Origin: Nanobdellota archaeon
Lineage (GTDB): Archaea > Nanobdellota > Nanobdellia > Pacearchaeales > GW2011-AR1
Direction of reading: 5' to 3'
DNA: 64,000 nt
Assembly (NCBI GenBank): GCA_038044745.1
Contig: JBBSZK010000008.1
Location: 7,162-71,161, forward strand
The notes under the pieces were generated by a model. The model was not told where the DNA came from. It was given only the letters and a program-made list of their open reading frames with translations, and did not search any database. Positions 7,758 to 17,327 of this stretch are shown here, one piece after another. The translations under genes were made by a program, and so were the position numbers. Each line of letters opens with the position of its first letter. Positions within the stretch are counted from its first letter, which is position 1.

Positions 7758-8990
7758 ATGACGGACCTCAAATGCAGATCATGTGGATATGAGGGGCTCA
7801 ATCGATTTCTAGAGTTAGGTAATATTCCTCCCGTAAATGCCTTTATCTCTGAAAGTGAAATCGCTTCTGAAAAGGCGTATCCTCTCAACCTTGCATATTG
7901 CCCCCATTGTTTTCTTGTCCAATTAGAACAAATTGTCCCACCCGAAGACCTTTTCAGGAATTATTTACATCTTTCTGCAGGTTCTCAAACAAACGTGAGT
8001 CATCTCAAGGAAGTCGCAGACTATTTGAGCATCAAAATGGGAATCGATGCAACAAAAAAAGTCCTTGAAATTGGTTCAAATGATGGCACGCTCCTTGCTT
8101 TTTTCAAACAACATACACAAAACGTTGTGGGTGTCGACCCTGCATTAAACTTGAAAAAAGCAAATGAAGACCGCGGTATAGATTACGTCGCAGAGTTCTT
8201 TAACACGGGCACTGCTTCAAGAATAGTAAAAGAAAAAGGAAAATTTGACCTAATTGTAGCTCTTAACGTAATTCCCCATACGCCGGATAACATTGATTTG
8301 CTCAAAGCCGCACGAATTGCATTAACCAATGCAGGAACGCTCGTAATGGAAGGGGTCTACGCGCTAGAAACAATCCTTGACGGAGAGTTCGATACCATCT
8401 ATCACGAACACGTTTATACGTTCTCACTCCATTCGCTCCTATCAACGTTCCGAATGGCGGGTTTGAAAGTAGTCGACGTAGAAAGAATTCCAACACAAGG
8501 AGGCTCACTGCGCGTCTTCGCAATGAAAGAAGAATACGCCGGACCAGTCTCTTCTTCAGTTAGTAATCTTCTCAAAAAAGAAAAGGAAACAGGATTCGCA
8601 AATGAAGAACTGTACAGAAACGTGGGAAAGAAAGTCACCGAATATAGGGCTAGACTCAGAGAACTACTTGAAAATGAAAAGAAGATTAACGGAAAACTTA
8701 TCGGGCTTGGCGCTCCCGCACGAGGGGTAGTTATTATGAATTATTGTTCAATAACTCCGAACGATCTAGAATATCTTATTGACGACACCCCGCTCAAGAT
8801 TGGAAAAGTGGCTCCGGGCGTTCATGTCCCTGTGAAGTCATGGGATGCGCTCAACAACAGCGATGAAAAAACTTTCTTGCTTCTCTCATGGAATTACAAA
8901 GACCATCTCATATCAAAACTCCAACAACGCGTAAAAAAGGGCAGAGTGATTATACCCTTTCCCAAGTTGGAGGTTATTTCATTTGGTTGA
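7758..8990 (+). CDS. SAM-dependent NDP-sugar C-methyltransferase-like (TylCIII/NovU type: N-terminal Zn-ribbon, methyltransferase domain, C-terminal domain)
   Basis: CRSCGYEGL...C-PHCFLVQL Zn ribbon, then VLEIGSNDG SAM motif, then a C-terminal GAPARG domain. Paralogous to 13219-14439. Confidence 0.7.
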   Translation: MTDLKCRSCGYEGLNRFLELGNIPPVNAFISESEIASEKAYPLNLAYCPHCFLVQLEQIVPPEDLFRNYLHLSAGSQTNVSHLKEVADYLSIKMGIDATKKVLEIGSNDGTLLAFFKQHTQNVVGVDPALNLKKANEDRGIDYVAEFFNTGTASRIVKEKGKFDLIVALNVIPHTPDNIDLLKAARIALTNAGTLVMEGVYALETILDGEFDTIYHEHVYTFSLHSLLSTFRMAGLKVVDVERIPTQGGSLRVFAMKEEYAGPVSSSVSNLLKKEKETGFANEELYRNVGKKVTEYRARLRELLENEKKINGKLIGLGAPARGVVIMNYCSITPNDLEYLIDDTPLKIGKVAPGVHVPVKSWDALNNSDEKTFLLLSWNYKDHLISKLQQRVKKGRVIIPFPKLEVISFG

Positions 8991-9804
8991 GCTTTCTAAG
9001 GTGGTCGTCACCGGCGGGAACAGCGCAATCGCAAGCGAACTCGATTTCGGGATACGCCTCTCGCATGCAGAATGCGATGTAACAAGTCATTCCTGCAAAA
9101 ATGAGATACAAAACTGTAATCCTTCTGCAATTCTCCATTTGGCATCCGTGCCTATACGGCTATGCGAGACGAATCCGTTTGAAGCCTATCGAATCAATGT
9201 ATTCGGAACAAAAAACATCGCCGAAATTGCTAAATCTCTTAAGGTCCCTCTTATCCTGATATCAACAGGGGCCGTGTTTAATGGAAGTTTACAAACCATT
9301 TTCTCCGAAGATGATTCTCCCAATCCTCAGAATATCTATGGTCAAACAAAAGCAATGGCTGAAGAGATTGTTCTTTCAAGCTCCCCTCAGAATCTAGTTG
9401 TACGCACAGGATGGCTTTTCGGATTTTCCAATAAAAAGGACGGTTTTTCAGGGTTCCTTGAAAAAGCGATAACGTCTCTTAGAGAAAATCTTCCTCTCAA
9501 GGCGACCTCCGATCAGAAGGGATCACCTACCTATGTGGAAGACTTTGTGAATGCCCTTTCCCACGCAATCAAGTATGGCAAAACAGGAACGATTCATCTT
9601 GTCAACGAGGGAGGAGCATCTGCCTTTGAAATCCTATCTCATATGAAGGTTCATTTAAACAGCAATTCTGAACTTGTCGCGGTAAGTCTTGCAGACATGC
9701 AAGGGCCCCAACGCTCTGCGAGCGAAGTTCTCAACTCTAAAACGATTCTTTCTTCATGGAAAAATGTCTTAGAACGATATCTGCGGGAAAGAGTTAACGG
9801 TTAG
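8983..9804 (+). CDS. RmlD-like NAD(P)-dependent 4-keto-sugar reductase
   Basis: VVVTGGNSAIAS Rossmann motif and YGQTK catalytic YxxxK. TTG start overlaps the upstream stop. Confidence 0.65.
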   Translation: MVELSKVVVTGGNSAIASELDFGIRLSHAECDVTSHSCKNEIQNCNPSAILHLASVPIRLCETNPFEAYRINVFGTKNIAEIAKSLKVPLILISTGAVFNGSLQTIFSEDDSPNPQNIYGQTKAMAEEIVLSSSPQNLVVRTGWLFGFSNKKDGFSGFLEKAITSLRENLPLKATSDQKGSPTYVEDFVNALSHAIKYGKTGTIHLVNEGGASAFEILSHMKVHLNSNSELVAVSLADMQGPQRSASEVLNSKTILSSWKNVLERYLRERVNG

Positions 9805-11621
9805 TCTTGAAATCTTTCTCGATATACAAGCACGAAAGGGGCCAATACAGAAAGCGAGGCAAGTCCCAGAGCCACATATAATATTATGTAAGAAAAGAGA
9901 TTAAGTAGTGCATCAAATCCGCCTCTTACTTTATAATAATCAAACGCTTGTTGGGGCTGTTCATCGCGAGGAATGTGGTAAAAGAAATGACTATGCGTCT
10001 GGTAAACGGATTGCACCACGTCAGGATTTAGAGGCAGGATTCCCTCGTATACTCTAAAGTAAGGTTCGCCCGCAATTTCGGATTCTCGTACCCCCGTGAC
10101 CGAACCCCCTCCCTCTATCTCTTTTATTTTTTTCGTTGTTTGAAATGCGGAAACAATTGCTTCCATGGACTGATTGAAATCAGGTTGGTCTTTAACCGTA
10201 CCCCATCCGCAATCGTCATTCAAACACTCCACGAAAAACGTTCGTACGGGGTAAACTCTTCCAGATTGGTTTGAAGCTTGAAGTAGCGCGCTCAAGTGCG
10301 AAGCACTTGCGTAAACTTTATCATTAAACATCCAAACGGTTGTGCCCACATAAATGCGCGCATCAACAAGTACAAGCGTGTTCTGGTCAATAGAGTCTAT
10401 AGCGAACGACCTCATTTTATCAACGGCACTCTTCGACGTAAGAGGTTCCCGAATAGAATATATATTTACCAACAAAATAACTCCTAATATAATCATTAAA
10501 CTATACAACGGACGTGCACGGCTTCTTAGCTTATCAGAGAGAGGGATAATAACCGAAGCCGACGAAAGGGCAAGTAAAGGCATAAAGGTAGTGTAATGCG
10601 TCTGGAGTACAATTGCCGACGCAATAAAAAAGAACGAAAAAATGCCCAAGGCAACAAGAAATCTTTCTCCGAAAGTGCGTCTTTTCACTTCTTTAAAGAA
10701 GAATACAAGCCCTATCAAACCCATAATGAAAATAAGAGGATCTTCCTTAAGAAAATAAACCGTAACAACCGAATAAACATTTTTGGAGAGTTTGTTTAAT
10801 ACAAATCCTTCTCCATGAGCAAGCCCCGGACCCGTATAGAACTCGGGATTAATTTTGAGAAATTGAGCAAACGGCTGGTCAACTATTCCTTTTTCCTTGT
10901 ACAGAAAATAATCGTAACTCAAAATAGGGAGGAGCGAAAGTACGATAATTCCTCCAAATAGGAACACTCTCTTGAGATTAATCTTAAACTTTTTCATATC
11001 TATCCGATAATCTTTAACAAGAATTCCCAACATAAATGCTCCAAACACAAGAACAAACACGCCCGTTATTATCTTAACAAGAAAAGCAATCCCGAGGGGG
11101 ATTGCACCCCAAACCGATATTGTGCCTGACTTTTTGTACTCTTTAATAAATATAATTGATGCAAGCAATATAAAAAACATCATAGTTTGGTCTTGATAAC
11201 TTGCCGTCCACGTTATATGGTATGCGGAGATTGCAAGAAGAAACGAAGCAACCAGGCCCGTCTTCCTACCAAAGAGGAGAGAACCAAGAAGATACACGAG
11301 TATAATTGAGAGCGTGCCAAAGGCAAACGAGAGGAACCGCGCAGTAATCAAGTGGATACCAAATATTCGATAGGTATAGTCGGTCAAATAAAGCCAGACC
11401 GGAATTTGGGTCATCGTGCTCAGGGGAGCAAGCTTCGATAATCCAATGGCATGCACGCCATGTACCATTTCATCAGCCACGGGCGGAACATTTGAAGCGA
11501 CAATGAATCTCAATAACGCACCCAGTATCACGATGGCAATCAACCATTTTCTACTATCGTTTGAAAATACAAAGTCAATAGCCCTCTCCCAAAAAGAAGA
11601 GGTAGCGGATGAGTCGAGCAT
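9801..11621 (-). CDS. GT-C fold glycosyltransferase (ArnT/PMT family 39/83-like), polytopic membrane protein
   Basis: About 600 aa with more than 10 TM helices. First loop has PPVADEMVHG (the DE of GT-C enzymes). The first ATG (11621) lies 21 nt from TATA 11643-11650. Confidence 0.7.
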   Translation of the reverse strand: MLDSSATSSFWERAIDFVFSNDSRKWLIAIVILGALLRFIVASNVPPVADEMVHGVHAIGLSKLAPLSTMTQIPVWLYLTDYTYRIFGIHLITARFLSFAFGTLSIILVYLLGSLLFGRKTGLVASFLLAISAYHITWTASYQDQTMMFFILLASIIFIKEYKKSGTISVWGAIPLGIAFLVKIITGVFVLVFGAFMLGILVKDYRIDMKKFKINLKRVFLFGGIIVLSLLPILSYDYFLYKEKGIVDQPFAQFLKINPEFYTGPGLAHGEGFVLNKLSKNVYSVVTVYFLKEDPLIFIMGLIGLVFFFKEVKRRTFGERFLVALGIFSFFFIASAIVLQTHYTTFMPLLALSSASVIIPLSDKLRSRARPLYSLMIILGVILLVNIYSIREPLTSKSAVDKMRSFAIDSIDQNTLVLVDARIYVGTTVWMFNDKVYASASHLSALLQASNQSGRVYPVRTFFVECLNDDCGWGTVKDQPDFNQSMEAIVSAFQTTKKIKEIEGGGSVTGVRESEIAGEPYFRVYEGILPLNPDVVQSVYQTHSHFFYHIPRDEQPQQAFDYYKVRGGFDALLNLFSYIILYVALGLASLSVLAPFVLVYRERFQD

Positions 11622-11642
11622 GGGCTCCAAAACCTCGCTTGT

Positions 11643-11650
11643 TATTTAAA
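11643..11650 (-). promoter_or_regulatory. TATA box (TTTAAATA on minus), 21 nt before ATG 11621
   Basis: Read directly. Confidence 0.6.
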
Positions 11651-11683
11651 CATTCTTTATGACCTCTTAGAACAATAAAAAGG

Positions 11684-11691
11684 TTTAAATT
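11684..11691 (+). promoter_or_regulatory. TATA box TTTAAATT, 21 nt before the gmd ATG 11713
   Basis: Read directly. Confidence 0.6.
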
Positions 11692-11712
11692 GTCTGTTCT
11701 TTGCCAACGCTC

Positions 11713-12813
11713 ATGGAAAAGAAGAAGGTTGCCCTCATAACAGGCATAACCGGACAAGATGGATCCTATTTGGCAGAATTCCTTTTAGAGAAAGGATATC
11801 AGGTCAGAGGAATCATGCGCCGCGCGTCTACGTTACACACAAATCGCATAGACCATCTGTATAAAACCTATAACAAAGACATGGTCCAAAATACAGAAGT
11901 CGATTTCGCACTCTATTTTGCAGACTTAACCGACGCTTCAAGTTTACGATCTATTTTAGAAATTGTTAAACCTGATGAAGTCTATAATTTGGGAGCGCAA
12001 AGCCACGTGGGAATTAGCTTTAACAACCCACTTTCAACGTTTGATATCAATGCCCTTGGGACGCTACGCTTGCTCGATGCAATACGAGATATGAAACTCC
12101 CCTGTAAATTCTATCAAGCCTCCTCTTCTGAAATGTTTGGTGCTTCACCCCCTCCTCAACATGAGGAAACTCCTTTTCAACCACAAAGCCCCTACGGCGT
12201 TTCTAAAGTAGCCGCTTTCCACTTAGTAAAAGTTTACCGAAACGCTTACAATATTTTTGCATCAAATGGAATCTTATTCAATCACGAATCTCCGCGAAGA
12301 GGGCATAATTTCGTGACGAGAAAGATTACCAAGGAGCTTGCACGCATCGTTACCGGAGAGATAGACAAAATGAAATTAGGAAATCTTGATGCAAAGCGAG
12401 ACTGGGGTTTTTCCGCGGAATATGTTCAAGCAATGTGGAAAATATTGCAACACGATAAGCCCGACGATTTTGTTATCGCCACCAACGAAACGCACACAGT
12501 GCGAGACTTCCTAAGAGAGGCATTTTCTTTGGTCGAATTGAACTACGAAGACTATATCATTGCAGACGATCGCTTTAAACGACCGGCAGAAGTTCCGGCA
12601 CTCTTGGGCGACTATTCAAAAGCAAAAAAAGCGCTTAATTGGAAAACAAAAGTCAAGTTTAAAGAACTTGTGGAAATGATGGTCGAAGCAGATCTCAAGG
12701 AAAAGTTTGAAGAAGAAGGCCTCATCCCCATTGAACGAGGCACTCAAAAATCGAAGGGTTATTATCTTGAGAAGGCAAAAGAAATTCTAAAGGGTCGCGG
12801 ACTCGTTAGTTAA
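11713..12813 (+). CDS. gmd: GDP-mannose 4,6-dehydratase
   Basis: ALITGITGQDGSYLAEFLLEKGY, SSSEMFG and YGVSK motifs are characteristic of Gmd. Confidence 0.9.
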   Translation: MEKKKVALITGITGQDGSYLAEFLLEKGYQVRGIMRRASTLHTNRIDHLYKTYNKDMVQNTEVDFALYFADLTDASSLRSILEIVKPDEVYNLGAQSHVGISFNNPLSTFDINALGTLRLLDAIRDMKLPCKFYQASSSEMFGASPPPQHEETPFQPQSPYGVSKVAAFHLVKVYRNAYNIFASNGILFNHESPRRGHNFVTRKITKELARIVTGEIDKMKLGNLDAKRDWGFSAEYVQAMWKILQHDKPDDFVIATNETHTVRDFLREAFSLVELNYEDYIIADDRFKRPAEVPALLGDYSKAKKALNWKTKVKFKELVEMMVEADLKEKFEEEGLIPIERGTQKSKGYYLEKAKEILKGRGLVS

Positions 12814-13225
12814 GAAACGTTCGGTCTTGATCAGGACCGTTGTAAGGTCCATTTTTGAACTCAAACAGGTGCGCAGGCGTAAGCGCCCTTATGCTGTGCC
12901 CTCCCGCAAAAATAATATAACAATCGCCCTCGTTCAAATTAATTTTTTCGAGAAACGTGTTATCTACATCGTAAATTGAAAGTTCAATGGACCCTTTGAA
13001 GACTAAAAGCGCCTCATGAGTATGGCTCGTCACGCGTTCTTGGGCGTTATGTTTATGGGGCCTTGATTCAGCGCCGGCAGGCATACTAAATGAAACGGCC
13101 TGTAAGAAATGCGTTGATTCGGTAAGACGAGATTTTGTGCCTTGTTCAGAGGGTTCATGCGTATAAACCGTATGGAGAAGAACCGCCGGGTCAACCTTGG
13201 AGTAGATTTTTCGTATCATCAGCAC
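12806..13225 (-). CDS. cupin-fold protein (WbuC-like)
   Basis: 139 aa. PHKHNAQERVTSHTHEALLV...GGHSI resembles His-rich cupin motifs. Translationally coupled to the upstream C-methyltransferase. Confidence 0.5.
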   Translation of the reverse strand: MLMIRKIYSKVDPAVLLHTVYTHEPSEQGTKSRLTESTHFLQAVSFSMPAGAESRPHKHNAQERVTSHTHEALLVFKGSIELSIYDVDNTFLEKINLNEGDCYIIFAGGHSIRALTPAHLFEFKNGPYNGPDQDRTFLN

Positions 13226-14439
13226 CCGTCCGGAGAAATAAACTCTATGTTCTTATTGAGGGGTTCGAGAACTTTCTTCAACTGAGGAGCAATGTTCCAG
13301 GACAAGACGAGTGCATACACCTTGCCATATTTAGAAAATATATCATCGCTCACGATAGGGATTCTTGTTGCAGGGGTATACTTTCCTTGCTTGTAAGGTG
13401 AGGAGTCAGTCACGTAATCTATCAACGTGTTGTTAAGCCCGTAGAAGTTAAGGAAGGTGTTTCCTTTAGCGGGTGCGCCTACCGCAATGATAGAATGCCC
13501 CTCTTCTTTCAATTTATGCAATCGTTGCATAAACCTATTTCGTTGCACGCGATTCTTGTGCATAAAATCTGAATATAATTTGGGCGTAAAAAGACCAAAT
13601 GTTTCTTCTTTAACAATCATTGCTTGAACATGGGCAGGTTCTTCTTTGACAACCTCTTTCTTCTGAGCAATAATGCGTAATGAACCCCCATGGTAATTGA
13701 CGATGCGTGCTTCTTTGATGCTAAGTCCTGCACGACCAAGAAGCGTTTTCAACGAACGCACACTAAAGTAGCTCACATGTTCGTGATAAATCTGATCAAA
13801 TTTTCCGCTCTCGATACTTGTTAACCAGTAGGGCTGTTCAAAGACAAAGCTTCCTGTCGGTTTGAGCACTAATGTCGCGGCTTTCACGAACTCAAGAGGG
13901 TTATTGGCGTGATTGAAGACGTTATTCGCCGTCACTAGGTCGGCCTGCCCGCGTGTTGCGAGTATCTGCTCGGCTATTTCTTGCCCGAATAACCCTACAA
14001 TGGTATCAACCCCTCTTTTCTTCGCCAATTCAGCCATATATGCGGAAGGGTCAACTCCCACTACCTTGCTTCCTTGTTTCATGAATTGTTCGGGAAGGTA
14101 TCCGTCATTAGAACCTATGTCAACCACCAGTGCACTCGATTGCAAATCGAGAGAGGTAGTTAACTCGCGCGCATACTCGTTCCAATGGTTCGTTGCAAAC
14201 GTCGAATTTGAGGAAGTATACGAATAATCTACCCCCGAATAACGCAAGGCGGGATCGGTTTCGTAGCGAGTCTGCACATGACCGCAATTCTTACACAAGT
14301 CACACACAAGCGGGTAAATTGCGTCTGCCTCGCTTGCTTTAGATGCAGGTACAAACGTATCTGCGAAGGGATGACTTCCCAGATTGATTATCTCCACAAG
14401 CTCGCGCGAATCGCAAACAAGGCAGTTCTTTCTTTGCAT
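13219..14439 (-). CDS. SAM-dependent NDP-sugar C-methyltransferase-like (second copy)
   Basis: CLVCDSREL...CKNCGHVQ Zn ribbon, VVDIGSNDG SAM motif and a C-terminal GAPAKG domain. Same architecture as 7758-8990. Confidence 0.7.
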   Translation of the reverse strand: MQRKNCLVCDSRELVEIINLGSHPFADTFVPASKASEADAIYPLVCDLCKNCGHVQTRYETDPALRYSGVDYSYTSSNSTFATNHWNEYARELTTSLDLQSSALVVDIGSNDGYLPEQFMKQGSKVVGVDPSAYMAELAKKRGVDTIVGLFGQEIAEQILATRGQADLVTANNVFNHANNPLEFVKAATLVLKPTGSFVFEQPYWLTSIESGKFDQIYHEHVSYFSVRSLKTLLGRAGLSIKEARIVNYHGGSLRIIAQKKEVVKEEPAHVQAMIVKEETFGLFTPKLYSDFMHKNRVQRNRFMQRLHKLKEEGHSIIAVGAPAKGNTFLNFYGLNNTLIDYVTDSSPYKQGKYTPATRIPIVSDDIFSKYGKVYALVLSWNIAPQLKKVLEPLNKNIEFISPDGC

Positions 14440-14460
14440 AAATATGCACGATAAATCTCA

Positions 14461-14468
14461 TTTATAAG
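14461..14468 (-). promoter_or_regulatory. TATA box (CTTATAAA on minus), 21 nt before ATG 14439
   Basis: Read directly. Confidence 0.55.
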
Positions 14469-14488
14469 CCTTCTGACGGCAGTAAATC

Positions 14489-14496
14489 TTTTAAAG
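14489..14496 (+). promoter_or_regulatory. TATA box TTTTAAAG, 20 nt before ATG 14517
   Basis: Read directly. Confidence 0.55.
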
Positions 14497-14516
14497 GGTT
14501 TGTTCGTGCCAGCCCC

Positions 14517-16208
14517 ATGCCTCAGAAAATTAACAAGAAAATGCTTCTTGCAATGTGGTCCGTTAATAATGTTAACTGGATAATCAACCAGGCCTACAAT
14601 ATTCCTCTTCGCAAAATTTTCAAAGAGGTCGTCAATTTTGATCCGCAAGAGGAAACATATAAGCACGGTAAGAAGGAGATGAATAGACGTTTTCTTGAAA
14701 CCCTGCGAAAAGAAAAACCTGACTACCTTCACCTGTTCTTGGTATGGGACGAATTCTATCCAGAGACTCTCTTCAAAATTAAGGAAATATTACCTAACGT
14801 CAAAGTTACTCATTGGAACGGAGACGATGACATAAAGTTCGATCATTACACGGTGCCCTATTCGGCAGTGATTGATTATCAACTTATTAGTCAATTGCAG
14901 TTCACAAAACGGTACGACAAAGCGGGAATACCTTGGTTTGACGTACTCGGCGCCGACATTGAAAAGTTCAGACCTCTCAACCTGAAGAAAAAATATGACG
15001 TAGTGTTTGTAGGCACCCCAAAGGGAGATCGTCTGAGGTATATGCGTTATCTTTTAACTAAAAAAGTAAACTTTAAACTCGCGGGTGCCGGATGGGACGA
15101 TTATCCAGAGTTTAAAGAGTACTATATCGGGAAGCTTTCTGATGAAGCGTTCGTAAAATTTATCAACGAATCAAAAATTAGTCTTTGTTTCTCTCAAAAC
15201 TTCTTTGCAGTGCCCCATGTTCTTGAGCGGTCCATAGCCGTAAACGCCTGTAAGTCATTCGCACTCACCGAATACGTCGAAGGATACTTTCCTAAATTCA
15301 CAGAAGGAGTCGACTTCGTAACGTTTAAGAGCGAACAGGAAATGTACGAAAAAATTGTGTATTACTTGAAGCACGAAAAAGAAAGAGAAAAAATTGCTCA
15401 GAAAGCCTATGAAAAGGTAACCAAGAAATTCTCAAATCAAAAATTGCTTGGCGACGCGTTCTATGCAATAGAAAAAGATAAACGCCCGCTCTACAGCGCA
15501 GTTGCAAGAAAGAGGGTTAACGAGCATCCAATCTATCTTGAAAAATCAGACTTCAAAAAGGGCAAAGACCACATAACGAAAAAAATTGGCGATGCACATT
15601 ACGTAAGCTTCAAGAGTAATTACCACGAATCGCTGTCTTATAGGGACTATTTCCAGACTTATTCTATGCAAGTCGTAGGAAAACCCGTCTCCATCTGCGA
15701 CGCATATCTCAACTCATCAATTATAGGAGATTATGCGACTCTCTCTCTTTATTATGCCTACAATTATCTTAAGGATAAGAGCTACGTCTATGACAACATC
15801 GATGTCTCCCAGTACATGGTAGAAAAGAACTACTTTCTCAAGCACATGGATACATTTGCGTCTTTATATGAAGGAAAGAAGATGCCTATCAACCCAGAAG
15901 AAATGGCCTTTTTAGCAGTCCCCCTTGTACGAACCAAAAAAATAACTCGGATTCCTGTGCTTAACACAGACCATATTCTATTTACATATTTGGACTTGGA
16001 CCTCATAGTGGCGCGCAACCAGAAAAGGTTATTCACAAGTGCTGCACTCTATAAAGCCCTCTTTTACTCCATCTTTGTAAATCCCCAACTTCTTAAGCAC
16101 TTCTTAGTAAATATACTACGAAGAACAAAGCACCCTCGTGCAGTTAAAATAGCAACTTTTTTTGCAAAACTGTTTAAGCCAACTGCCCTTATACGATCCG
16201 CAGCCTAA
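14517..16208 (+). CDS. CgeB-family/GT1-like glycosyltransferase with a long C-terminal extension
   Basis: Central block VVFVGTPKGDR...AGAGW...ERSIAVNACKSFALTE...FKSEQEMYEKIVYYLKHEKEREKIA resembles the CgeB-type GT-B C-terminal domain. Confidence 0.45.
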   Translation: MPQKINKKMLLAMWSVNNVNWIINQAYNIPLRKIFKEVVNFDPQEETYKHGKKEMNRRFLETLRKEKPDYLHLFLVWDEFYPETLFKIKEILPNVKVTHWNGDDDIKFDHYTVPYSAVIDYQLISQLQFTKRYDKAGIPWFDVLGADIEKFRPLNLKKKYDVVFVGTPKGDRLRYMRYLLTKKVNFKLAGAGWDDYPEFKEYYIGKLSDEAFVKFINESKISLCFSQNFFAVPHVLERSIAVNACKSFALTEYVEGYFPKFTEGVDFVTFKSEQEMYEKIVYYLKHEKEREKIAQKAYEKVTKKFSNQKLLGDAFYAIEKDKRPLYSAVARKRVNEHPIYLEKSDFKKGKDHITKKIGDAHYVSFKSNYHESLSYRDYFQTYSMQVVGKPVSICDAYLNSSIIGDYATLSLYYAYNYLKDKSYVYDNIDVSQYMVEKNYFLKHMDTFASLYEGKKMPINPEEMAFLAVPLVRTKKITRIPVLNTDHILFTYLDLDLIVARNQKRLFTSAALYKALFYSIFVNPQLLKHFLVNILRRTKHPRAVKIATFFAKLFKPTALIRSAA

Positions 16209-16551
16209 TCAACGACGTATTTGTGTGTTTTTCCTTCTCGGTCCATTTCTGCACTAATTCGTAAAGCTACCTCCTTAGGCACAAAAAGCCTATCGCCTGT
16301 TGAAAGAGTGTATGTGCCTCTTTCTTTAGTAATCACTTCTTCAAGAACAATCGTTGCTTTACCAACCACCCCTATACCTCTGCATACTCTCGCCAGTGAT
16401 TTCCCAAGGTAGCCGCTCTTTGTACGTGCACAATTCGGACCTGTTCCGCCCTAAACTCCGGTATATCTCCTTTAAGTAAGGCGGAAATAGTCCTCTCTTC
16501 ATTAGTGTGAACATCAAAACCTTGTTCGTAGCGTACGTCCAAGAAACTCAT
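16205..16551 (-). pseudogene. cupin-fold sugar-modifying enzyme disrupted by a frameshift
   Basis: Frame A: MSFLDVRYEQ...ATLGNHWREYAEV then TAG at 16372-16374. Shifted frame: GIGVVGKATIVLEEV...GDRLFVPKEVALRIS...VVD then stop at 16205-16207. Joined, they give a normal cupin of about 115 aa. The ATG overlaps the upstream stop (ATGA). Confidence 0.6.
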
Positions 16552-17291
16552 TGCAACCCCCGGAGTTTTTTCCACAAACGAACATCCAGAGAAGAATCAG
16601 GCGCTCGTTTAATGGGTGCCGCGCGGTTAACTTCTTCAAGCGAGACAGACCTGATATCGGCCCGATACGCACGTAATAAATCATAGAGGCTTATTCTGTC
16701 TCTGCCAACATTGATAACTCCCACAAAATCGCTTTCCAAAAGGAATTGTACTGCCTCTGCTCCTTCTCTAAAAGAAATCTTCGAACAGAACGCATCTGAA
16801 GGGGCAGAATCAAACGGGATACAGTCAGGATTAAAGAAACTCGTTCTAACAATGCAATGGTTGGGGCACGTTTGTACAACACATTCTCCGCCAAGTTTAG
16901 TTGTCGCATAGAGATTAAAGGGTTTAACGAAGTCGTTTTCTTTATAAGGCCCCTCCAGCGAGGGATAAACATAGTCTGTCGAAAGATACACAAATCGTGC
17001 TCGAGGGCAATGCCTCAAAAGCGCACGTACCACATGTGCAGCCCCTTCAACATTGGTTGCAATCGCTAAAGAAGGCTCCACTTCACACCTGCTCATATCG
17101 GTAAGTGCAGCACAATGCACAAGGGCATTTATAGGCTGTTTTTCAAAATACCGCATTACACTTGATTCTTCGGTAATGTCCAATTCATTCCTATCGGGCG
17201 TAAGCAAAACGGAATCGCCCCAATCAAGCGTTTGCAACATAGTTCCAAGCCTACCATCGGCCCCCGTTATAAGGATAGTTCTTTTTTCCAT
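16548..17291 (-). CDS. RmlD-like NAD(P)-dependent sugar reductase (second copy)
   Basis: ILITGADGRLG Rossmann motif and YATTK catalytic YxxxK. TATA 17314-17321 lies upstream. Confidence 0.65.
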   Translation of the reverse strand: MEKRTILITGADGRLGTMLQTLDWGDSVLLTPDRNELDITEESSVMRYFEKQPINALVHCAALTDMSRCEVEPSLAIATNVEGAAHVVRALLRHCPRARFVYLSTDYVYPSLEGPYKENDFVKPFNLYATTKLGGECVVQTCPNHCIVRTSFFNPDCIPFDSAPSDAFCSKISFREGAEAVQFLLESDFVGVINVGRDRISLYDLLRAYRADIRSVSLEEVNRAAPIKRAPDSSLDVRLWKKLRGLQ

Positions 17292-17313
17292 ATAAAATTA
17301 GCACGTTGTACGC

Positions 17314-17321
17314 TATTTAAA
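17314..17321 (-). promoter_or_regulatory. TATA box (TTTAAATA on minus), 22 nt before ATG 17291
   Basis: Read directly. Confidence 0.55.
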
Positions 17322-17327
17322 TGTAGG

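Noticed and set aside
16369-16372. C4/G4 homopolymer as the site of the cupin frameshift
   Set aside because: The in-frame stop (16372-16374) already precedes or overlaps the run. The frame change must lie just upstream (about 16375-16380), where there is no homopolymer.
16221-16412. 63-aa plus-strand ORF
   Set aside because: It is antisense to the frameshifted cupin gene, with no promoter at leaderless distance and low-complexity composition.
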